22,731 bases of DNA from an uncultured virus (IMG/VR IMGVR_UViG_3300028590_000010). Its lineage: Duplodnaviria; Heunggongvirae; Uroviricota; Caudoviricetes. Below the pieces are notes generated by a model, which had not been told where the DNA came from, searched no databases, and saw only the letters and a list, made by a program, of their open reading frames with translations. The stretch lies in the IMG/VR virus record IMGVR_UViG_3300028590_000010. One strand, 5' to 3'. The position numbers and the translations under genes are program-made. Positions 14,967-22,704 of this stretch are shown piece by piece; position 1 is the stretch's first letter, and each line of letters opens with the position of its first letter.

Positions 14967-15532
14967 CCGGCGGAAACGCTGGTGATCTCCGCCTTCGGCG
15001 TGACACCCGAGGACGTGGTCGAGACCAGCGTCTCCGAATACGACACGTCGTCCTGGCTCGTCAGCTCCAGCGTCTCGATGACCGGACCGGACTCGTCGCC
15101 GGAGATCTCGTAGGTGATCTCGTAGACGGCCGACGGGTCCAGCTCGGAGGACAGGCCGTCGTAGCTCAGCTCCGGCTCGACCTCGACGTTGCAGCCCGCC
15201 GAACCGAAGCACTTCTTCGACTTCACCTTCAGGTCGATGGAGAAGTCGGACGCGTCGGGGACGGTGTACTCGGTCTCCGTCTCCGTCTCCTCGACCGGGT
15301 CGGAGTCCTCGTAGTAGTCCGGCTCCTCGACCGGGTCCACGCTGGTGACCGAGGCCGCGTCACTGTCGGGCTTGTCGTCGGACTCGACGGCGACGCCCGT
15401 GAGGAACCCCGCCGTGAAGAACGCGCCGCACGCCCCCAGAGCGATGGCGGAGAGGACCAGCTGACGTCGCCGGTCGGTCGGACGCTCCGGCGGCATCGGC
15501 GGCAGGGCGGGCATGGTCGGGTGCTGCTGCAT
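14963..15532 (-). CDS. Membrane-anchored acidic extracellular protein
   Basis: ATG 15532; Pro-rich N-terminus, TM, acidic linker, KCFGSAGCNV beta-rich domain. Confidence 0.85.
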   Translation of the reverse strand: MQQHPTMPALPPMPPERPTDRRRQLVLSAIALGACGAFFTAGFLTGVAVESDDKPDSDAASVTSVDPVEEPDYYEDSDPVEETETETEYTVPDASDFSIDLKVKSKKCFGSAGCNVEVEPELSYDGLSSELDPSAVYEITYEISGDESGPVIETLELTSQDDVSYSETLVSTTSSGVTPKAEITSVSAG

Positions 15533-15599
15533 GTCTCGTTCTTCCTTCACTGTCGGTTGTCTCAAAGGTACCGGTGTTCGAGGCGAACGCCGGTATGGA

Positions 15600-15857
15600 T
15601 CAAGGGAGTTCGACTCCCAGGCGGCGCAGCGAGCTGCGCGTGTTGGCCCTGGCCCGGTAGTCGCTCGGCGTCTTCGGCGTGAACGCCATGTGCCGGGGAC
15701 GCACCCCCTCCGGGGTCATCACCTTGTAGTGCCTGCTCCCCGACAGGGAGATCACGAAGCCTTGAGCGTGGGCCGCCTTCAGCAGTTTCGCGATCTCCCG
15801 GTCCGCCCCCTTGAGGAGGCGGGAGATGCATTTCTTTTTCGATCCGGTGCTGTCCAT
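15600..15857 (-). CDS. HicA-like toxin/RNase, paralogue 2
   Basis: EIAKLLKAAHAQGF..SGSRHYKVMTP...PKTPSD...LRRLG; RBS GAAGGGG. Confidence 0.75.
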   Translation of the reverse strand: MDSTGSKKKCISRLLKGADREIAKLLKAAHAQGFVISLSGSRHYKVMTPEGVRPRHMAFTPKTPSDYRARANTRSSLRRLGVELP

Positions 15858-15883
15858 GTTTTCCCCTTCCCTGTGTCGTTGCT

Positions 15884-15920
15884 ACAAGAAAGTACCGGCG
15901 TCCTGCGGGACGCCGGTACT
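15884..15920 (-). terminator. Intrinsic terminator
   Basis: 13-bp perfect stem AGTACCGGCGTCC/GGACGCCGGTACT, 4-nt loop, then TTCTTGT on the minus strand. Confidence 0.8.
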
Positions 15921-15934
15921 CCTTTGCCTGGTTC

Positions 15935-16171
15935 CTACTCGGCCGGGAGGTTCACCCTCTGGGCGCGGGACAGCATCTCCCGGATGTCCTCGGCCACCTC
16001 CGGGTAACCCATCTCCAGGGCCGTCTCGTGCATCCGCTGCAAACCCTCGACCGGGACGTGCAGACACGGACGCCCGAACGTGTCCACGATCCGCTCCGTG
16101 GGGATGCCCAGCAGTCGGGCGAACTCCTCCACGAGGATCGCGTCCTCCACGTTCCGCGTGTAGTCCGGCAT
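15935..16171 (-). CDS. Hypothetical protein (78 aa)
   Basis: TGATG overlap, RBS GAAGGAGA; MPDYTRNVEDAIL. Confidence 0.75.
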   Translation of the reverse strand: MPDYTRNVEDAILVEEFARLLGIPTERIVDTFGRPCLHVPVEGLQRMHETALEMGYPEVAEDIREMLSRAQRVNLPAE

Positions 16172-16383
16172 CAGATCTCCTTCTCGTCGGTCTCGACGAT
16201 CTCCGAAGTCTCCCGCCACCTGACGATCCGCGTCATGCCGTCCGGGCTCATGCGCCTGCGCATACCGTCGCGACTCTCGCGCGCCTCTTCGATCGTCTTG
16301 CGCTTGAAGCTGACGGGAATCCACCGATCCCCGTCGAACACCTCGACCGAGTAGTCCTCGGTCGGCGGGTACGGCTCGCTCAC
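16171..16383 (-). CDS. Hypothetical protein (70 aa)
   Basis: GTGA overlap, RBS AAGGAGG; MSEPYPPTEDYSVEV. Confidence 0.75.
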   Translation of the reverse strand: MSEPYPPTEDYSVEVFDGDRWIPVSFKRKTIEEARESRDGMRRRMSPDGMTRIVRWRETSEIVETDEKEI

Positions 16384-16700
16384 CCGTCCTCCTTCTCGTA
16401 ACCCTCGCCCCGCAGGTCCGTCTTCGCGATCAGCGCGCTGGCCTCGTCGACGGCGGGCAGCAGCGTGTTGCCGCACCACTCACCGAACCAGTGTGTGCTG
16501 CCCTTGATCGTGTACAGGTACCAGCCGAACATCTCCTGCGTACCGCCCCGCCGCTCCAGCTCGTAAGTGATACCGAAGATCGTGGTCCGGTACCGGTACG
16601 CGGAGAGGCCGCCGACCGACGACCGATCCGGGGTCCAGCCGAAGCCATTGTCGGCCTCGATGTACTTCTCGCCGTCGGCCTGCCTGCGCCTGGCCATCAC
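16380..16700 (-). CDS. Hypothetical aromatic-rich protein (106 aa)
   Basis: GTGA overlaps, high GC3. Confidence 0.75.
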   Translation of the reverse strand: MMARRRQADGEKYIEADNGFGWTPDRSSVGGLSAYRYRTTIFGITYELERRGGTQEMFGWYLYTIKGSTHWFGEWCGNTLLPAVDEASALIAKTDLRGEGYEKEDG

Positions 16701-16939
16701 GCACCGTCCACGATGCGCTGCCAGTCCTCGATCAGCCGGTCGTTGTCGGCGAAGATGAACGTGTTCTGCTCCGCCGCCGACAACCGACCTTCGATCTTGC
16801 CGAGGGCGAGGAGAGCGTCGAGCTTGCCGCGCACGTACGTCTCACCCTTCTCCTTGAGCACGTCCGGGCAGACCATGTCGATGATCTCCTGGTACAGCCC
16901 CTCCGTCCGGAGGTAGCGCTGCACCTGATTGCCGGTCAT
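16697..16939 (-). CDS. Hypothetical protein (80 aa)
   Basis: ATGA overlap, high GC3. Confidence 0.8.
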   Translation of the reverse strand: MTGNQVQRYLRTEGLYQEIIDMVCPDVLKEKGETYVRGKLDALLALGKIEGRLSAAEQNTFIFADNDRLIEDWQRIVDGA

Positions 16940-17130
16940 CCCAGCACCACGTCCCGGTTCAGCCTGACCGCCGCGTTGTGGGCGTCGGCCACGTCGGAGT
17001 GCCGCGACTCCGGGATCAGCCGGGACACCTCACCGTTGCGGAACGCCATCCAGTGGGAGTACTCCACCACCAGGTAGTCCTCGGTCGGGTTGGTCAGACT
17101 GTTCGGGTAGATCGTCACGTAGCTCTTCAT
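16936..17130 (-). CDS. Hypothetical protein (64 aa)
   Basis: ATG 17130 after AAGGAGAGGGAG; MKSYVTIYPN. Confidence 0.8.
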   Translation of the reverse strand: MKSYVTIYPNSLTNPTEDYLVVEYSHWMAFRNGEVSRLIPESRHSDVADAHNAAVRLNRDVVLG

Positions 17131-17156
17131 GTCTCCCTCTCCTTCTCGTCGGCCGG

Positions 17157-17411
17157 TCAGCCCTCGTCGAGGTTGGTGACCTCGTTGATCGTGACGTTCT
17201 CGGGGTCTTCGTTGTCGGTCTCCCAGTTGCCGACGCACGCCCGCGTCAGCTCGCTGTCGGCCTTCTTCAGCTCCGCGTCGACCCAGTTCTCCAGGGCGTC
17301 GAACTCGGCGTCCTCGGCGAGGAGATGGGCGGGAACGTCCACCTCCACCTCGATGCGCTCGTCGCGGGTGACCTCCACGGTGCGGAGGATCTCGATGTTG
17401 ATCGTCGCCAT
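17157..17411 (-). CDS. Highly acidic small protein (84 aa)
   Basis: RBS GAAGGAGA; about 24 D/E versus 6 K/R. Confidence 0.85.
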   Translation of the reverse strand: MATINIEILRTVEVTRDERIEVEVDVPAHLLAEDAEFDALENWVDAELKKADSELTRACVGNWETDNEDPENVTINEVTNLDEG

Positions 17412-17427
17412 GTCAGTTCTCCTTCAG

Positions 17428-17655
17428 TTAGTACATGTTCCGGCATTCCCGGCACGGCTTCTGCCGCAGCGGGACATCCAGGCACAGGAACAGAGCACCA
17501 CCGGGCAGCTTCAGCCCGATGGTGCGATTGCAGTTCTCGTCTCCGCCCCTGATGCCGTCAAGGATGACGAACTTGTACCAGGGACAGTCCCACTCGCTGG
17601 ACCAGAAGAGACGGCTACTGACAGTGTTGTCATAGACGTCAATGTCACCTGGCAT
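17428..17655 (-). CDS. Small Cys-containing protein (75 aa)
   Basis: ATG 17655 after AAGGAGG; ends PCRECRNMY. Confidence 0.75.
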   Translation of the reverse strand: MPGDIDVYDNTVSSRLFWSSEWDCPWYKFVILDGIRGGDENCNRTIGLKLPGGALFLCLDVPLRQKPCRECRNMY

Positions 17656-17656
17656 G

Positions 17657-17898
17657 TCATGCCTCCTTCTCGTTCTCTTCACGGGCGGGGAGCTGCTCGG
17701 TCAGCAGCTCCACCATGTCGATGGCGTCCCGGTCACCGGCCGCAGCCGCGTAACCCCCCACACGCACGCGGTCTCGTCGTCGTCGAGCAGCTCGTACAGC
17801 TCGGCGACGCGCCGCTTCTGCACGGGCGACGCCTCGGCAAGTTCGGTCAGGCTGCTCAGCTCGTGACGCCAGCGCGCAAGATCCACAGGGCCGGACAC
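17657..17898 (-). pseudogene. Small gene interrupted by an apparent frameshift in a G6 run
   Basis: GTG 17898 after GAAGGAGA. One extra G at 17754-17759 gives ...ACVWGGYAAAAGDRDAIDMVELLTEQLPAREENEKEA with its stop one base before the next ATG. Confidence 0.65.
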
Positions 17899-17909
17899 AC
17901 TGTCTCCTT

Positions 17910-18152
17910 CTACTTCCAGTCGAACGACTCGATCCTCCGCACCCAGAAGATGCGACACCTCACCTGATCCTGGATCAGGGCCACGCGCTTGCCGATCTGC
18001 TTCTCCATCAGCAGGTGCTGGTATATCTGCACCGCCCGGTTGAGAGCGTCCGTCGTGGTGATGCCCTCGATCATGGCGATGTCGTCGAGCGCGCTCACCA
18101 CCGTCGGGATCATCCGGAACGTCACCTCGACGTCCTCGCCCTCGTCACCCAT
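17910..18152 (-). CDS. Ribbon-helix-helix DNA-binding protein
   Basis: VEVTFRM (strand), VVSALDDIAMIEG (helix), ITTTDALNRAVQIY (helix); RBS GAAGGAGA. Confidence 0.75.
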   Translation of the reverse strand: MGDEGEDVEVTFRMIPTVVSALDDIAMIEGITTTDALNRAVQIYQHLLMEKQIGKRVALIQDQVRCRIFWVRRIESFDWK

Positions 18153-18170
18153 CTGCGCGTCTCCTTCTCG

Positions 18171-18202
18171 AATGAAGGGGCACCGGCTGGTGCCGGTGCC
18201 CC
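18171..18202 (-). terminator. Intrinsic terminator
   Basis: 11-bp stem GGGGCACCGGC/GCCGGTGCCCC, 4-nt loop, then TTCATT on the minus strand. Confidence 0.75.
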
Positions 18203-18212
18203 ATGCCGGACG

Positions 18213-18317
18213 TCAGTCGCCGCTCTCGACGACCTGCTCGACCGGCGTCTCGCTCTCGTCGCCGTCGTCCCGCTCATCCTTGCGGAACTGCGGGCCCTGC
18301 GGGGGGAGTTCGGTCAC
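18213..18317 (-). CDS. Acidic microprotein (34 aa), not in ORF track
   Basis: GTGA overlap; MTELPPQGPQFRKDERDDGDESETPVEQVVESGD; near-complete GC3; stop just before the terminator. Confidence 0.65.
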   Translation of the reverse strand: MTELPPQGPQFRKDERDDGDESETPVEQVVESGD

Positions 18318-18436
18318 CGCTGACCCGGCTGCTGCTGGGGTCCCTGCGGGGGCAGCGGAACCGGGGGCTGCTGCTGCGGGCCCTGGGGCGGCATCGGCTG
18401 CTGCTGGGGCCCCTGCGGAGGAAGTTCCTCGGCCAT
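18314..18436 (-). CDS. Pro/Gln repeat microprotein (40 aa)
   Basis: Strong RBS GAGAAGGAGA; MAEELPPQGPQQQPMPPQGPQQQPPVPLPPQGPQQQPGQR. Confidence 0.75.
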   Translation of the reverse strand: MAEELPPQGPQQQPMPPQGPQQQPPVPLPPQGPQQQPGQR

Positions 18437-18467
18437 GTCGTATCTCCTTCTCTCGATCCCTGTCTTG

Positions 18468-18737
18468 TCAGATCCCGGTCTTCGCCATGCGGTCGCGCTT
18501 GTTCCGCTCGGCCCAGCGCATGACGCCGACCAGGATGGCGATGCCGCCACTGCCGACGATCACCGTGAACGTTCCCGCCGCCCAGTGCAGACGGGCCATC
18601 AGCACAGTCAGCACGACGAAGGCCGCCGTGAAGAACCAGACGGTGTACTTCAGCGCCATGCCGAACGCCACCCCCACACCCATCGCCATGATGATGGCGA
18701 AGGTCAGCAGGATGCCCGCGATTTCGAAGTTGTCCAC
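18468..18737 (-). CDS. Three-TM membrane protein (89 aa)
   Basis: GTG 18737 downstream of AAGGAG; three hydrophobic segments and a basic tail. Confidence 0.8.
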   Translation of the reverse strand: MDNFEIAGILLTFAIIMAMGVGVAFGMALKYTVWFFTAAFVVLTVLMARLHWAAGTFTVIVGSGGIAILVGVMRWAERNKRDRMAKTGI

Positions 18738-18815
18738 TGTCTCTACTGCTCCTTCGTGTTGTTGTCGTACAGCGCCCGGCTCGGACACCGCGTCGCCTGT
18801 CTTTCCGCCGACCGG

Positions 18816-19445
18816 TCAGCCGTCGGCGAGGAACTGCCGGAGCCCGGGACGCCTCATCTGCGTGGTGTCCTCCGGGAGGACAACCTTCTCAGGTGGACCC
18901 GGCTTCTCCGCGAGACGCCAGGTCCACCCCGGAATCCCTTCCAGCCTCTTCACCAACCAGGGGCTGAGCACCCCGCCCGCATAGGCACGACGCCAGGCGT
19001 TCGCGGTGACGCCGTACTGCAACTCCCCCACCCGGCTGGTGACATGGTCGGGGATGTTGGTGTGCCCGTGGCGTTCGGCGAACGCCTCGATGGCCTGAAG
19101 GTAGGGCAGAAGCCGCGTCTGCTCCGGCGGCGCGAGGTTCTCGCGCGCCCTCTTCCGCCGGAGACGGACATCCTCCGGCGACACGTCCACGCCGAGCGCG
19201 GCCATGTCCTCCAACTCGTCCACCAGGAACTGCGAACGCGCGTCACGACAGTTCCTGAGCGACGCCCAGAAGTCGTACACGTCCACCCCGCCGACGGTCA
19301 CCGCACCGATGGGGAGACGACTGTGCCCGTGCTCCAGGTAGTACGCGCGCACGTAGTCCAGCACGGCCCGCAGACGACGGTTCTTGTACTCCTTGTTCGA
19401 CTCCCCCGCCACCTTGGGAGGGAGGATCTCCTTACTTCCGGTCAC
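18816..19445 (-). CDS. Helicase-associated (HA) domain protein, two repeats
   Basis: YVRAYYLEHGHSRLP...and AIEAFAERHGHTNIP...WRRAYAGGVLSPWLVKRLEGIPGWTW fit the HA repeat pattern. Confidence 0.8.
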   Translation of the reverse strand: MTGSKEILPPKVAGESNKEYKNRRLRAVLDYVRAYYLEHGHSRLPIGAVTVGGVDVYDFWASLRNCRDARSQFLVDELEDMAALGVDVSPEDVRLRRKRARENLAPPEQTRLLPYLQAIEAFAERHGHTNIPDHVTSRVGELQYGVTANAWRRAYAGGVLSPWLVKRLEGIPGWTWRLAEKPGPPEKVVLPEDTTQMRRPGLRQFLADG

Positions 19446-19726
19446 CTCTCGCCTTCACCTATCATGTCAAAATAGGACAAACTACTTGGTGTTGGGACAA
19501 CTATAAGGGGCGGCCTACCCAACTTGGGTTTCACGGCCGCCCCTTCATGCACGGGGTCCCCTGGGGCTATGATCGAAGCTCCGGGATTGCGGCCCGGCAC
19601 TCCACCCTCGGGAAGGTACATCCCCGTGCGTATGCGTCAATGGTATTGCCCTTCGGCATCCACCTCCACCGTCACAGCTCGTGCGACGTTCTCGTCCCGC
19701 ACCACTACGACCGTGGAGGTCGCGCG
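19446..19726. promoter_or_regulatory. Divergent control region / candidate replication origin
   Basis: The only strand switch in the window; AT-rich 19460-19505 with GGACAA(A)CTA twice; 11-bp inverted repeat 19505-19545. Confidence 0.55.
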
Positions 19727-22450
19727 ATGACTGATGTTGACTCGTTCTCTTCTTCTGACGAGGTAAACCCGCCAGCTTCAGGTGCGGAGTCGACGTCTGT
19801 CAACTCGCAGAACGACGTTAGCATGGCGCACGACCGGGCTGTCAACCTGCCCCGGCAACCCGTCAACCTCAACGCGCAGGATTCAGGACACCGGTCACTC
19901 GACGTAGACCGTGACGCAGTCCGGACCTACCTGTCCGAGGTGTACGCGGGCGTCCGAGGTCTCATGCAGATCTGGACCACACCCGCCAAAGGTGCCGGAG
20001 CGTTCTTCCCCACCACGACGGACGGTATCGAACAGGCCGTCACCTACATCGAGGCGCAGTGGAAGGCGTCCGGGCAGCAGGGCATCTACTCCCGGATCAC
20101 CACCGTCAAGGGCAAACTCGAACCCGGCAAGCGAGGCAGCGCCCGCGACTCGGCCAGCTTCATCGGCCTGTGGACCGACCTCGACTTCGGCACCACCGGA
20201 CACAAGGGCGGGAACCTCCCGCCCGACGTGGCCACGGCGCAGGACATCTACTCCACGTCCGGGCTGCCCGAAGCGTCCATCGTCGTGAACTCCGGCGGCG
20301 GGCTGTACCACCTGGTCCTCCTGGAGAAGCCGCTCGACGTCACCAGCGACGAACTCCGCCTGCGCGTCGGGCAGTTGGCCCGTCGCTGGCAGCAGCAGGT
20401 CAAGGTCGCCGCCGAGAAGATGGGCTACGACTACGGCACCGGCGTGTCCGACCTCGCCCGGGTGCTGCGCGTGCCCGGCACGGTCAACGCCAAGGACTGG
20501 AAGAACCAGCGCCTCGCCGTCCACCGGTCGACCGGCCTGCGCTACACCCTCGCCGAACTCGAAGCCGCCTGTCCCGAGCCGGTCAAGCCGAAGCGCCCGG
20601 CGGGACTCAGCAGCGTCCTCGCCCCGGCAAGCGATGTCCGGGCGCAGATGAACAAGCTCGCCGACGAGATGCGGGCCACCACCTGGGAGCGCAACAACGC
20701 GCTCAACCGGCTGGCCTACATGTGCTTCCAGTACGCAGGAGCCGGGCAGCTCGACCCCGAGGAGATCAAGCGCGTCTTCACCGACGCCGCTCTTCACACG
20801 GGCCTGGAAGAACGAGAGATCCGGGACACACTGCACAGCGCTTCGAAGGGTATGGAGAGGCCGTACACCTTCACGTCACGCCTGCGCTCCGTCCAGGACG
20901 CCGAGCAGTACGACATGTGGGCCGGACAGACGGACGACGACGGTCACGTCATCGACTCGACGCCCCCGCCGTCCGCACCGCAGAGCCAGCCGCAGCCGCA
21001 CGTCAGCGAGCAGACCGACACGAACAACGCACCCGGCACGTTCTCCGGACCGGACGCCCCGATGCGGGTGGCGCGAGAGCTGGAGCCGTCGTGGATCCAG
21101 GGCGGCAGCCGCACCCTGCACCACTGGCGTGAGACGTGGATGCGCTGGACTGGTACCCATTGGACCGAGGCCAGTCCGGCGGCGCTCCGCTCGAAGCTGT
21201 ACCTCAAGCTGGAGCACGCCATCTTCTACGCCCCGAACCGCAAGGGCGAGCTGGAACCGAAGCAGTGGAACCCGTCGATCAAGAAGATCGCCGCCCTCAT
21301 GGACGCCATCGCCGCCGTCACGCACCTGCCTGACGACGTCGAGGCGAACCAGTGGCTCGGCCCCTTCAAGGGCGGGCCGAGGCTGATCTCCTGCAAGAAC
21401 ACGATGATCGACCCGATCACCCGGGAGACCACGCCGCACACCCCGGCATACTTCACCACCTCGTCGGTGCCGTACGACTACGACCCCGAGGCCGAGTGCC
21501 CGGAGTGGATGAGCTTCCTGGAGAAGGTGTTCCCCGGCGACACGCAGTCGCAGGAGCTGCTCCAGGAGTGGGCGGGGTACGTGGTGTCCGGGTGGACCCA
21601 CTACCAGAAGGGCATCCAGCTCATCGGTCCGCCCCGTGCCGGTAAGGGAACGATCGCCCGCATCCTGGAGAAGCTGATCGGCAAGGAGAACTCGGTCGGC
21701 ACCACGCTGAAGACCCTGATCTCCAACTTCGGCATGCACCCGCTGATCGACAAGTCCCTGTGCGTCATCGGCGATGCGCACATGGAGAACCGCAACGCCT
21801 CCGAGATCGTGGCGCGCATCCTGTCGATCACGGGTGAGGACTCGCTGACCGTCGACCGTAAGAACCGGTCGCACTGGACCGGCAAGATCCCGGCCCGCCT
21901 GATGATCCTGGCGAACAAGGCTCCCCGGTTCTCGGACTCCTCCGGTGCCATCACCGGCCGGTTCATGACGCTGCACTTCACGCAGTCGTTCGCCGGTCGG
22001 GAGGACCGCACCCTTGAGGACCGCCTGACCGGTGAGCTGGCGGGCATCCTGAACTGGGCGCTGGACGGACTGGCCCGGCTGGAACAGCGCGGCTACTTCG
22101 TGCAGCCGGAGTCCGCCGAACTCATCATCGAGAGCCAGAAGGAAGAGGCGTCGCCGCACCGTGCCTTCGTCGAGCAGGTGTGTGTCACCGGCTCCGGCCA
22201 CTGGATCACCAAGGACACCCTGTATGCACGGTGGGCCGCATGGTGCGAGTTCAACAACATGCGCGCCACCGGCACGAAGGCCATGTTCGCGGCCGAGCTG
22301 TACGCCGCAGTCCCCGGCATCAACCAGGGCTACAAGCGCATCGAAGGCAAGCTGACCCGCGTCTACACCGGCATCACCTGTGACATCGAGACAGGCTTCG
22401 CCGTTCCGAAGACCCAGACCGACCCGAGACAGACACCCCAGCAGGAGTAG
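19727..22450 (+). CDS. Primase-helicase: RepB'-type AEP primase, PriCT-like, D5_N, SF3 (P4/D5) helicase
   Basis: ATG 19727 after GGAGG; LWTDLD, NSGGG, DLARVLRVPGTVN, ERNNALNRLAY, HTPAYFTT...YDPEAECPEW, Walker A GPPRAGKGT, ITGED...RKN, ELAGILNWALDG. Confidence 0.93.
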   Translation: MTDVDSFSSSDEVNPPASGAESTSVNSQNDVSMAHDRAVNLPRQPVNLNAQDSGHRSLDVDRDAVRTYLSEVYAGVRGLMQIWTTPAKGAGAFFPTTTDGIEQAVTYIEAQWKASGQQGIYSRITTVKGKLEPGKRGSARDSASFIGLWTDLDFGTTGHKGGNLPPDVATAQDIYSTSGLPEASIVVNSGGGLYHLVLLEKPLDVTSDELRLRVGQLARRWQQQVKVAAEKMGYDYGTGVSDLARVLRVPGTVNAKDWKNQRLAVHRSTGLRYTLAELEAACPEPVKPKRPAGLSSVLAPASDVRAQMNKLADEMRATTWERNNALNRLAYMCFQYAGAGQLDPEEIKRVFTDAALHTGLEEREIRDTLHSASKGMERPYTFTSRLRSVQDAEQYDMWAGQTDDDGHVIDSTPPPSAPQSQPQPHVSEQTDTNNAPGTFSGPDAPMRVARELEPSWIQGGSRTLHHWRETWMRWTGTHWTEASPAALRSKLYLKLEHAIFYAPNRKGELEPKQWNPSIKKIAALMDAIAAVTHLPDDVEANQWLGPFKGGPRLISCKNTMIDPITRETTPHTPAYFTTSSVPYDYDPEAECPEWMSFLEKVFPGDTQSQELLQEWAGYVVSGWTHYQKGIQLIGPPRAGKGTIARILEKLIGKENSVGTTLKTLISNFGMHPLIDKSLCVIGDAHMENRNASEIVARILSITGEDSLTVDRKNRSHWTGKIPARLMILANKAPRFSDSSGAITGRFMTLHFTQSFAGREDRTLEDRLTGELAGILNWALDGLARLEQRGYFVQPESAELIIESQKEEASPHRAFVEQVCVTGSGHWITKDTLYARWAAWCEFNNMRATGTKAMFAAELYAAVPGINQGYKRIEGKLTRVYTGITCDIETGFAVPKTQTDPRQTPQQE

Positions 22451-22452
22451 AC

Positions 22453-22704
22453 ATGGACATGATCCCCAATACGCAGCCGTACGTCGCGCTGATCCGCAGC
22501 GCCGCCGACCCGACACAGATCTTCCGCATGCCTGTCGTCGGATGGTCACTGAACAAGGCGCTCATCGTCAGCCCTCACGTACAGGAAGGCGACCTCGCGT
22601 ACGCGCACCTGACCCCCGGCTTCCTGCGCATCGTGCCCTTCGTTCCGAACGCATCGGGCGCTTTCGTCTTCACCGACGAGATGCAGGGGAAGACGGAGGA
22701 CTGA
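22453..22704 (+). CDS. Hypothetical protein (83 aa)
   Basis: RBS CAGGAG; starts 2 nt after the primase stop. Confidence 0.75.
   Translation: MDMIPNTQPYVALIRSAADPTQIFRMPVVGWSLNKALIVSPHVQEGDLAYAHLTPGFLRIVPFVPNASGAFVFTDEMQGKTED

Noticed and set aside
18280..18420. CRISPR-like or non-coding tandem repeat
   Set aside because: Repeats are short, degenerate at third codon positions and in frame, so coding; no spacers or cas genes.
101..19475. Long plus-strand ORFs (101-970, 3651-5039, 6243-7385, 9708-11378, 13006-14445, 18435-19475 and others)
   Set aside because: Antisense shadows of minus-strand genes, typical of high-GC DNA; no RBS and no motifs.
19547..19726. 967-aa primase start at 19547 and a small ORF 19569-19730
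   Set aside because: No RBS and atypical codons; ATG 19727 has GGAGG at good spacing.
19895..22549. Minus-strand ORFs 19895-20836 and 20876-22549, and plus-strand 20059-21132
   Set aside because: Shadow or off-frame ORFs inside the primase-helicase gene.
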